This document shows, piece by piece, positions 46,972-54,782 of a stretch of 64,000 nt of DNA. The stretch is from a virus (Duplodnaviria > Caudoviricetes). The notes beneath the pieces are model-generated. The model saw nothing but the letters and a program-made list of their open reading frames with translations, had not been told where the DNA came from and ran no database searches. A program made the translations under genes and the position numbers. The stretch's first letter is position 1. Every line of letters starts with the position of its first letter. The stretch lies in the IMG/VR virus record IMGVR_UViG_3300022305_000326, positions 1-64,000 of that record; one strand, written 5' to 3'.

Positions 46972-47540
46972 TTTTATTCGAATCCAATATACAGTCTGTA
47001 GACGAACGCTTGGTCACTACTATAATAAGTAGATTGACTCAGCCATTCGTTGACATGGACGAGTATAAACAGGGTCTTATAGATGATTCGGGTAATGTCT
47101 TAGTTAAACGTGGTAAGAAGAATGGAAAGCACAGACTTTCTAGATTTTCGTTATTGATCATAAATCTTAAAAAATTGATCAAACGTTCCATACCAGATAG
47201 CAATATTAGACCTGTAGCTTTAAGTCTATTGTTATTAAAGGAACATGTTGAGCGATTAAGTGAGCAGACTATTCAACATTTAGCTGAATCTATGAATTCA
47301 GATATGGCGATTGATACGTATCTGTTTGAAAGTGAAGCCCCTGTTAATGTATCGAATGCTTCACCACAACCACAACCAACTTCAGATAACATACAGTTCC
47401 CTGAACCACCGGCAGTCAAAAAGAAAAAGAAAATGGTTGGATACAAGGTTAAAGAAATTAATGAATGGTCAGATATGGACAAGTATCCTGATGGGATTAC
47501 ACTGTACATAATAGGTTCTGATAGTGTACTGAAGGTCTGA
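46968..47540 (+). CDS. T4 gp61.1-like conserved protein
   Basis: L..PF.....YK.GLID..GNVL; L..NLKKLI; L.LLKE. Confidence 0.65.
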   Translation: MILFESNIQSVDERLVTTIISRLTQPFVDMDEYKQGLIDDSGNVLVKRGKKNGKHRLSRFSLLIINLKKLIKRSIPDSNIRPVALSLLLLKEHVERLSEQTIQHLAESMNSDMAIDTYLFESEAPVNVSNASPQPQPTSDNIQFPEPPAVKKKKKMVGYKVKEINEWSDMDKYPDGITLYIIGSDSVLKV

Positions 47541-47541
47541 C

Positions 47542-47937
47542 ATGACAACATTACTTACAATTGCTGGTATATTGAAAAGAATTCCATTTATTGTATACGT
47601 AGTGCTGGCAGTCCTATTACTAATTGGCTATTTGTACCTGAACAATCAATCATTGAGTAGACACCTTAAAGTTTCAGATACAAAACTGGCAGATGCGACA
47701 GAGTTGGTCGATAACATTAAAACTAATGAAACTAAAAGATCCAAGATAATAGATAATGTTACTATTGTAGTGAAGAAGCAGACAGTGAAGCCGGAAAACG
47801 ATCCATTATCAGATAGCAAGATTGTTGAAATGGCAAAGACCAAAGGTGCCTCGGTTACTTCGAATTACATCAACACTAATTTGAATGCAACCTTGTTGTG
47901 TATAGAAAAGATTACCAGAGATGACACCTGTGAATAA
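47542..47937 (+). CDS. Inner-membrane spanin (Rz-like)
   Basis: N-terminal TM helix, periplasmic coiled coil, C-terminal Cys pair; overlaps a lipoprotein gene. Confidence 0.7.
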   Translation: MTTLLTIAGILKRIPFIVYVVLAVLLLIGYLYLNNQSLSRHLKVSDTKLADATELVDNIKTNETKRSKIIDNVTIVVKKQTVKPENDPLSDSKIVEMAKTKGASVTSNYINTNLNATLLCIEKITRDDTCE

Positions 47938-48223
47938 ATTATTATGTGGTCTATTGCTAGTTTTTATGGTCGGATGTAATCCTCAAACTACGACTAGACC
48001 TGATGCCAATTCAATAGTGAAACTGAAGTTACAACCGTTACCACCGTTAGATTTAAAACCTTATTATTTTGAACTGAAATATCTCAACCAAGATAACGTG
48101 TGTATGTCTATGGATGGTGTCAGAAGAATCAGTGAATTGAATACTATCCTCAGAAACCGAATAGAACTACAGAACAAGTATATACAAAGCTATCAGAAAT
48201 ACTACGAATCTGATAGCAAATAA
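47921..48223 (+). CDS. Outer-membrane spanin lipoprotein (Rz1-like)
   Basis: Lipobox MVGC after a hydrophobic signal; Pro-rich linker; YQKYYE tail. Confidence 0.75.
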   Translation: MTPVNKLLCGLLLVFMVGCNPQTTTRPDANSIVKLKLQPLPPLDLKPYYFELKYLNQDNVCMSMDGVRRISELNTILRNRIELQNKYIQSYQKYYESDSK

Positions 48224-48225
48224 CT

Positions 48226-48252
48226 ATAAGTCATGACATAATAAGTCACGAC
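48226..48252. repeat. Tandem 12-nt direct repeat ATAAGTCAYGAC upstream of primase
   Basis: ataagtcatgac at 48226 and ataagtcacgac at 48241. Confidence 0.6.
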
Positions 48253-48266
48253 CCGAAGACATTATT

Positions 48267-49340
48267 ATGATAGACGCGAATACCCAAAAATATTACATCA
48301 ATAGAATGGCACAGTCCTTGACTCATTTTAAATGGGTTGGTGAGACTGGAACTTTTAGGTGCCCGTTATGTGGCGATTCTAAGAAGAATAAATTCAAGAC
48401 CAGAGGGACATTTTACAGAAAGTCTACGCAGTCTGGTAAGATGGTTTATGCTTTTAAATGTTTTAATTGCAATGAACCCAAGTCTTTCACCAATTTCATG
48501 AAAGAACAGTTCCCGGAATTGTATAAAGAATACCTATCGTTAAGATTTAAAAAAAATATTTCTGTTCAAGATGCCGGTATTCCTTCGTCGTTTGGAAGAA
48601 AATCTAAACTAAAACAACTGAGTACGACGATAAAGCCGATTCTATCGAAGCCTATTGCCGATCTTGATACGGAACATGTAGCGTATAAATATTTTTCCAA
48701 AAGAATGTTTCCGGAAAAATACAAAACCATATTACACTACACCGATAACTTCTCGAAATACATCATGGAAGATTATTTTCATGGGAATGACGAAGCCATC
48801 GATAGATACAAAAATATGCATTTACCGAAAGACCCTAGAATCATTATTCATTTCAATGATAGGGACGGAAATTCACGACTGGTACAGGGAAGATCACTTG
48901 ATCCAAACTGTGAATTGCGATATATTACCGTTAGATTTGACGAAACTTTCCCGAAAGTCTACGGATTAGATCGACATGATAAGGACAAATTGACACTGAT
49001 CGTAGAAGGACCGTTTGATTCCATGATGTTACCCAACTGCCTAGCTATAGGTGGAGTAGGATTATCAGACGATCTATTACAATTTACAGGAATAGACAAA
49101 ACGAAGTGTATCATGGTATATGACAATCAGCCAAGAAATGCGGATGTTGTCAACCAGATAAAGCGAGCGATAGAATTGGGTGTCAGGGTTGTGATCTGGA
49201 ATGATCCTATCAGTGTAGAGAAAGATATCAATGCAATGTTAATGTCTGGAATTGACCGTAAGGCTCTAGTCAAATACTTAGCAACGCATAATTATAGTGG
49301 GTTAATGGCACGATTGCAGTTATCAAAATGGGCGAAATAA
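48267..49340 (+). CDS. gp61: DNA primase
   Basis: FRCPLCGDS.K...K.RG; CFNC; QGRSL; YGLD; EGPFDS; DNQPRN; KDIN. Confidence 0.96.
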   Translation: MIDANTQKYYINRMAQSLTHFKWVGETGTFRCPLCGDSKKNKFKTRGTFYRKSTQSGKMVYAFKCFNCNEPKSFTNFMKEQFPELYKEYLSLRFKKNISVQDAGIPSSFGRKSKLKQLSTTIKPILSKPIADLDTEHVAYKYFSKRMFPEKYKTILHYTDNFSKYIMEDYFHGNDEAIDRYKNMHLPKDPRIIIHFNDRDGNSRLVQGRSLDPNCELRYITVRFDETFPKVYGLDRHDKDKLTLIVEGPFDSMMLPNCLAIGGVGLSDDLLQFTGIDKTKCIMVYDNQPRNADVVNQIKRAIELGVRVVIWNDPISVEKDINAMLMSGIDRKALVKYLATHNYSGLMARLQLSKWAK

Positions 49341-49351
49341 TAAGGAGAAAT

Positions 49352-50329
49352 ATGGAAACGCCGAATATTTTAAAGAAACAGGATGTCTATATTATAGAAT
49401 ATCCAGAAGCAGTAAAATTTGCAGATACACAGAACTCCGTATTCTGGACCGCAGATGAAATTGACGTATCAAAAGATGTACAAGACATTATGACAGGTAT
49501 GACGGAATCAGAACGTTATGCCACAATTGAAGTGTTAAAGTTATTCACGCAATATGAATTAGCTATCGGTAATGAATATTGGGGCGAACGTGTTAAGAGG
49601 GATTTCCAAAGACCTGATATCCAGAGAATGGCAAACTCGTTCTCATATTTTGAAATCAATGTACATGCACCGTTCTATAATAAGTTAAACGAAGCACTAC
49701 ATCTTAATACCAAAGAATTCTTGAGTGAATATAAGCAAGACCCTGTTCTGTCAAGTCGTATGGCATTCATTGATGAACAGTTGAATAGTCCCGACACATT
49801 ACATTCCCTTGGTGTTTTCTCGATGGTAGAGGGCGCAATCCTTTATAGTAATTTTGCATTTTTGAAGCATTTCCAGTCACAAGGAAAGAACAAGATGTTA
49901 AACGTTGTTCGTGGAATTAACTTCTCTGTTCGTGACGAAAATCTTCATAACGAAGGTGGTGCATGGTTGTTCAGAACACTACTGAAGGAATCAAACATTT
50001 CGGACGAAAAGACGGATGAATTGTTTAAGGGTATCATTGATGCAGCCCATCATATTAGAGAACATGAACATAGAATCATCGCTAAGATGTTCTTGAAGGG
50101 ACCAATTGAAGGTGTCACCCAAATTCAAATGAATAATTTCATTGATTCCCGCATTAATCTGTGCCTCAGTAAAATCGGCATCCGTAAGATTTTCGATGTG
50201 ACGTATAATCCTATTGCAGACTGGTTTTATAAAGGTATTAATTCTTACACCTTCCATGACTTTTTCACTGGAACAGGTAATCAATACAATCGTAAATGGG
50301 ATGAATCAAAGTTAGGATGGGCGAATTAA
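49352..50329 (+). CDS. nrdB: Ribonucleotide reductase class I beta subunit (start at 49352 after SD taaggag)
   Basis: FW...EI....D; E...H...Y; EG..LYS.F; RDENLH; DFF.....QY. Confidence 0.92.
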   Translation: METPNILKKQDVYIIEYPEAVKFADTQNSVFWTADEIDVSKDVQDIMTGMTESERYATIEVLKLFTQYELAIGNEYWGERVKRDFQRPDIQRMANSFSYFEINVHAPFYNKLNEALHLNTKEFLSEYKQDPVLSSRMAFIDEQLNSPDTLHSLGVFSMVEGAILYSNFAFLKHFQSQGKNKMLNVVRGINFSVRDENLHNEGGAWLFRTLLKESNISDEKTDELFKGIIDAAHHIREHEHRIIAKMFLKGPIEGVTQIQMNNFIDSRINLCLSKIGIRKIFDVTYNPIADWFYKGINSYTFHDFFTGTGNQYNRKWDESKLGWAN

Positions 50330-50330
50330 A

Positions 50331-52034
50331 ATGAAAGATAAAAATATCTACGAAAAACTCTCAGAAGAACGCAAGAAGCTTCAAGAGGAAGGTAAACTAC
50401 CAGAATGGTTCACAACGGCAGGTTGGCAGTTGTTCAAGAGTAAGTATCTTTATGGTACAGATGACGGTTTCCGTGGTCAGGCTCGTCGCATTGCAAAAAC
50501 TGCTGCTCAATGGGCACCAAAGACTGGTGAATATGGTTGGGAAGAAGCTTTCTATGACATTATTTGGAACGGGTATCTGTCATGCTCGACACCAGTTCTA
50601 GCCAATACAGGAACAGATAAGGGAATGCCAGTAAGCTGTTCTGGTCAATATATCGGTGATTCTATCAGTGCATTCTACGGTAACCGTGCAGAAACCGCCA
50701 TCTTGACAAAGGAAGGTTTCGGTACAAGTGGTTATTTTGGTCATATCAGACCTCGTGGAGAAACGTTTAAGGGTGGTGGTGTCGCTGCTGGTGCTGTTCC
50801 AGTTATCGATTCATTTAGACAGGATATGAGATACGTCGCGCAGGGCACACAACGCCGTGGAGCATTCGCCGCATATCTTGACATCGATCATGGTGACTTT
50901 GATGAATTGGCCGATCTTCTTAAGAATGATCCAGACGATTTGAATATTGGTTGGAATATTTCATCAGCATTTATCGAGCGATTAAAGAATGGTGATGTAG
51001 AAGCCGATAGACGTTACAAGAAAGCTCTATTCATTAAATTGATTACTGGTAAAGGATACTTCTTCTTCACCGATAAAGTTAATGGGAAGCGTCCTAAAGG
51101 ATATGTCGACAATGAATTATTTGTTCATGCTTCGAACTTATGCACAGAAATCACATTAACAGCCGATCTTGAACACACTTTTACGTGTGTACTTTCGAGT
51201 GTTAATGCTGTTCACTTTGATATCATTAAGACTAAGAATGTGGTCTATATTGCAACAGTATTCTTGGATTGTATCGCTCAAGAATTCATTGAACGAGCAA
51301 GACATATTCCGGAATTAGAGAAGGCGGTAAGATTTACCGAGAAAGGTCGCGCATTAGGATTGGGTGTATGTGGATATCACACGTATCTACAGTTGAACAA
51401 TATTCCATTTGAATCGTTCGAAGCTCATATGAAGAATAGTGAAATCTTCAAGCACATTCATGATGAGTCCCTAAGAGCCTCTAAAATGCTCGCAGATCAC
51501 TTTGGTGAACCAGAATGGTGTAAGGGTACAGGTCTACGTAATACGCACCGTATAGCCATTGCTCCTACGATGTCAACGGCTCAGATCATGGGTGGAGTGT
51601 CACAAGGAATCGAACCTTTCTTGGGTAACGCATTTAATCAGGCTGGTGCTGCTGGTGAAATTGAACGAGTTAACCCTGTACTGATCCCAATAATGAAAGA
51701 TCGTGGAGTCTTCACCAAGAAAATTATTGACGATATTGCAGAGAAAATTGGTTCAGTGCAGCATGTTACATGGCTTAATGATCATGAAAAATTAGTATTC
51801 AAGACAGCATTTGAAATCGACCAGAGAACTATTCTAAGAAAGGCGTCAACCAGAGCCAAGTATATCTGTCAATGGCAGTCTTTGAACCTATTCTTCTCCG
51901 CAGATGAATCCGAAGATTACATTTCAGAAATTCATAAAGAAGCGTTCCTTGACCCAAACATCTTGGCATTGTACTATATGAGAACACAGGCTGGAGTTTT
52001 GGCCTCTAAAGACGAATGTATTGCCTGCCAGTGA
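50331..52034 (+). CDS. nrdA: Ribonucleotide reductase class I alpha subunit, compact, no ATP cone
   Basis: STPVL.N; PVSC; QG..RRGA; SNLCTEI; C.LSS.N; RALGLG; APT; LYY; C-terminal CIACQ. Confidence 0.94.
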   Translation: MKDKNIYEKLSEERKKLQEEGKLPEWFTTAGWQLFKSKYLYGTDDGFRGQARRIAKTAAQWAPKTGEYGWEEAFYDIIWNGYLSCSTPVLANTGTDKGMPVSCSGQYIGDSISAFYGNRAETAILTKEGFGTSGYFGHIRPRGETFKGGGVAAGAVPVIDSFRQDMRYVAQGTQRRGAFAAYLDIDHGDFDELADLLKNDPDDLNIGWNISSAFIERLKNGDVEADRRYKKALFIKLITGKGYFFFTDKVNGKRPKGYVDNELFVHASNLCTEITLTADLEHTFTCVLSSVNAVHFDIIKTKNVVYIATVFLDCIAQEFIERARHIPELEKAVRFTEKGRALGLGVCGYHTYLQLNNIPFESFEAHMKNSEIFKHIHDESLRASKMLADHFGEPEWCKGTGLRNTHRIAIAPTMSTAQIMGGVSQGIEPFLGNAFNQAGAAGEIERVNPVLIPIMKDRGVFTKKIIDDIAEKIGSVQHVTWLNDHEKLVFKTAFEIDQRTILRKASTRAKYICQWQSLNLFFSADESEDYISEIHKEAFLDPNILALYYMRTQAGVLASKDECIACQ

Positions 52035-52046
52035 GTTAGGAGCGTT

Positions 52047-52496
52047 ATGAAAGTTATATTCTTGGATTTTGATGGTGTTGTTTCAAAGGGATTTACCAAG
52101 AAGTTCGACAAAATGTCTTTATTCTGTGCTTTCATGAGGCAGAATAAAGACGTTAAGATTGTCATATCGTCATCGTGGCGAGAGTTCAGATCGATGGACG
52201 AATTACGACTATTTTTCGATGAGGATGTTAGGGATCAGGTTATCGACAAGACTCCAATATTGACATGGGACGATGACCTAACTGATATTCCATTCGAAAG
52301 ATCACATGAAATTGGTCTATGGTTACATGATCATCCAGAAGTGACACGTTATATTGCACTTGATGACTGCCCTGAACTTTTCGATAAGGCATTTAAAAAT
52401 CTGTATACCGTTAACATGGGTACAGGTATAACTGAATGTGATATTAAAACTATACAGAGAATCATTAATGAAACTAATAATAGCAGGAAGTCGTAG
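52047..52496 (+). CDS. HAD-family phosphatase of the Swiss-Army-knife RNA repair type
   Basis: IFLDFDGV; IVISSSWR; TP; R..EI..WL; YIALDD; GIT. Confidence 0.85.
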   Translation: MKVIFLDFDGVVSKGFTKKFDKMSLFCAFMRQNKDVKIVISSSWREFRSMDELRLFFDEDVRDQVIDKTPILTWDDDLTDIPFERSHEIGLWLHDHPEVTRYIALDDCPELFDKAFKNLYTVNMGTGITECDIKTIQRIINETNNSRKS

Positions 52497-52818
52497 TATT
52501 CTACATTATCCGGTAATACCTCTCAATATAGCACGATTTTCATGGCATAAGGATATCACAGAAATAGTATCTGGTACAGCGCGAGGGGTAGATTTACTTG
52601 GTGAAAGATATGCGATTGAAAATGACATTCCTGTAACACGTTTCCCTGCTGACTGGAATAGATACGGTAAATCAGCAGGAGTACGTAGGAATGAAACGAT
52701 GGGTGACTATGCAGATAGATTGATATTGTTTTGGGATGGTGAGTCATCAGGTTCAAAGCATATGATGATGTATATGGCGAAAATAAAAAAACCATTTAAC
52801 GTAATTATCGTAAAGTAG
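52468..52818 (+). CDS. YspA/DUF2493-like SLOG protein
   Basis: MKLIIAGSR; IVSG.ARG.D..GE.YA; FPADW.RYGKSAG..RN..M; FWDG.S.G..HM. Confidence 0.88.
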   Translation: MKLIIAGSRSILHYPVIPLNIARFSWHKDITEIVSGTARGVDLLGERYAIENDIPVTRFPADWNRYGKSAGVRRNETMGDYADRLILFWDGESSGSKHMMMYMAKIKKPFNVIIVK

Positions 52819-52877
52819 TTTAAATAAAAGGTACGAACAGGACTATAGAAATATGAGAATTAGTATCTAAACAACCG

Positions 52878-52912
52878 AAGACCATACAGTGTGCTGCTGT
52901 ATGGTCTTTTTT
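52878..52912 (+). terminator. Intrinsic terminator-like hairpin upstream of phoH
   Basis: AAGACCATACAG-tgtgctg-CTGTATGGTCTT followed by TTTT. Confidence 0.75.
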
Positions 52913-52935
52913 ATTGTCAACCAACTGGAGTAACC

Positions 52936-53703
52936 ATGTCTAGAAAGCGCAGAAAACTAATAAACACCCCACATGCTGCTAGTAAATCCAATGTAGACTA
53001 TCTCGATTATCACAGCTACGATAACGAGGAATCAAATTACCAGAGAGAGTTACCAAAGCGCCGTCAAAAACCAGCACCATTGACAGCCAAGACCGCCAAA
53101 CAAAAGGAATATATTGACGCAATTTACGGAAGTCCACAGATTGTCGTATGCGGTCCAGCAGGCGTAGGTAAGACTTACATTGCAGCTAGAATTGCTGCTG
53201 AGATGTTGTCGAATAAAGAAGTCGATAAGATTGTAATTTCAAGACCGAACGTCAGTTCTTCCAAGTCTATTGGTTACGTTCCCGGCGATAAGAATATGAA
53301 ATTTCAAGGTTGGGCGATTCCAATTCTTGAGGTATTAAAGGAATATCTCGGTGAAGGCGCATATGACTATTATCTAAAGAATGAGAAGATTGAATTGGTT
53401 CCATTCGAATACATGCGTGGAAGATCGTTCAACAACTGCTTCGTTATCGTTGATGAATTCCAGTCAACTACAGTTGATGAGGCTATTTGTATAGTGACCA
53501 GAATTGGAGAGAATTCCAAACTGATCCTTATGGGTGACGTTAGGCAGAAAGACATCAAACAAGAAGGTGGTCTTGAGTTTGTTACCAAGATGGTGAAAAC
53601 TCGATACAATCTGAGAAATTTTGTCAAGCTAATTGATTTCGATCTGACGGATGTTGTTCGTTCAGGTGTATGCTCAGCATGGGTATACGAGATTTATGAC
53701 TAA
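52936..53703 (+). CDS. phoH: PhoH-like ATPase (start at 52936 after SD ggag)
   Basis: GPAGVGKT; IGYVPGD; MRGRSF; VDEFQ; TRIGENSK....GD..Q.D; DVVRSG. Confidence 0.95.
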   Translation: MSRKRRKLINTPHAASKSNVDYLDYHSYDNEESNYQRELPKRRQKPAPLTAKTAKQKEYIDAIYGSPQIVVCGPAGVGKTYIAARIAAEMLSNKEVDKIVISRPNVSSSKSIGYVPGDKNMKFQGWAIPILEVLKEYLGEGAYDYYLKNEKIELVPFEYMRGRSFNNCFVIVDEFQSTTVDEAICIVTRIGENSKLILMGDVRQKDIKQEGGLEFVTKMVKTRYNLRNFVKLIDFDLTDVVRSGVCSAWVYEIYD

Positions 53704-53706
53704 ATA
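53699..53706 (+). promoter_or_regulatory. Late promoter box ACTAAATA
   Basis: Overlaps the phoH stop, upstream of 53734. Confidence 0.55.
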
Positions 53707-53733
53707 ATAGTCAACATCTAATAGACGACCATC

Positions 53734-54195
53734 ATGAATATCAACGAAGAAGTATCGAATTACAATATAACGTATTCACACGAAATCAATGATAAGGGTG
53801 GTCGTCGATTAGAGCAAAGAACTGCTACTGTTTCTGGTCGTTCAAAGGAACATGCACATAAACAATTCAGTAGTAGTTCTGCCTCAAAGTTGGCAGGCTT
53901 CAAGATTCATTCAGTCGAACCATCAAAGGGATTAGACACGTTCATGAAAGAATCTCTTGATGACGATAGAAAATTAATTGCCACATATCGTAGGCAGGAT
54001 CATCTAGACAAAGCCAAGATATCAATGGCAGGCGGAAGATTAAGTAACTATCATTTAGCACTGGCTCACAGTAACCAAGCTAAGATCGCTAAGATAAATG
54101 GTGACAAAGAACGAGAAGAATCACACACGAAAATGGCCGCGATACATAAAGAAAAGTATCGAAAGGCCAAAAAGAATGACGATTCAACAAGTTAA
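53734..54195 (+). CDS. His/Lys-rich hypothetical protein (possible internal head protein); C-terminal half similar to 57122
   Basis: Own late box; G..SNYH...H and D.E.E.SHT....HK.K segments. Confidence 0.6.
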   Translation: MNINEEVSNYNITYSHEINDKGGRRLEQRTATVSGRSKEHAHKQFSSSSASKLAGFKIHSVEPSKGLDTFMKESLDDDRKLIATYRRQDHLDKAKISMAGGRLSNYHLALAHSNQAKIAKINGDKEREESHTKMAAIHKEKYRKAKKNDDSTS

Positions 54196-54730
54196 GGTAG
54201 GTATAGATTATTCAATTACGTGTCCCACTATCTGTATAGACGGTGGGACATTTTTCGAGTTTCATTACACGAAAGCTGAAAATAGATTCACTGGAAAGTG
54301 GACTAGTGGAATCTATAAGTTCGTTGGACACAAATATCCAGAATACAAATCTGATCTTGAACGCTACGATCAGATTTCTGACATCTTTATAAACGCAATG
54401 TCAGCATATAAACCAACTCTCATTAATATTGAAGCATATTCGTATGGATCGAATGGTAAGTCATTCAATCTTGCGGAGAATACTGGGCTGTTGAAATATA
54501 AAATATGGAAAACATTCGGTATAGAATGCAAGACCTTTTCACCAATGACACTGAAAAAGGTCGCAACTGGTAAGGGTGTTGGTAAGAAAGATGTCATGTA
54601 TAAGGCATGGGATGAACAAATGCCATTCCTAAACCTATACACTGTTTTCAAAGTCAAGCCGACTAAAAATGTTGGTAGTCCAATTTCTGATATTATCGAT
54701 TCTTATTATCTTACAAAGTGTGGGGTTTAG
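54176..54730 (+). CDS. RuvC-like Holliday junction resolvase (start probably 54176)
   Basis: GIDYS; IE.YSYGS; LAENTGLLK; P.TLKK.ATGKG; DI.DSYY (RNase H/RuvC acidic set). Confidence 0.75.
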   Translation: MTIQQVKVGIDYSITCPTICIDGGTFFEFHYTKAENRFTGKWTSGIYKFVGHKYPEYKSDLERYDQISDIFINAMSAYKPTLINIEAYSYGSNGKSFNLAENTGLLKYKIWKTFGIECKTFSPMTLKKVATGKGVGKKDVMYKAWDEQMPFLNLYTVFKVKPTKNVGSPISDIIDSYYLTKCGV

Positions 54731-54734
54731 GATT

Positions 54735-54742
54735 TATAAATA
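54735..54742 (+). promoter_or_regulatory. T4 consensus late promoter TATAAATA
   Basis: Exact consensus upstream of gp18. Confidence 0.82.
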
Positions 54743-54782
54743 ACAAGTGTATCTTTCATATCATTAATTAGGAGAATTACAG

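Noticed and set aside
30754-52034. Introns, inteins or homing endonucleases in gp17, gp43, gp41, nrdA/nrdB
   Set aside because: ORFs are continuous and of normal or short length, with no intein or LAGLIDADG/HNH/GIY-YIG motifs seen
52892-52920. Second antisense sigma70 promoter (TTGACA on the minus strand at 52915-52920)
   Set aside because: No -10-like hexamer at 16-18 nt spacing
52891-52935. Longer GTG start for phoH given by the ORF track
   Set aside because: It lies inside the terminator hairpin; the ATG at 52936 has a proper SD (ggag)
52936-53703. phoH as evidence of a cyanophage or phosphate-stress auxiliary module
   Set aside because: phoH is widespread in diverse phages, and no psbA, hli, pstS or similar genes are present in the window
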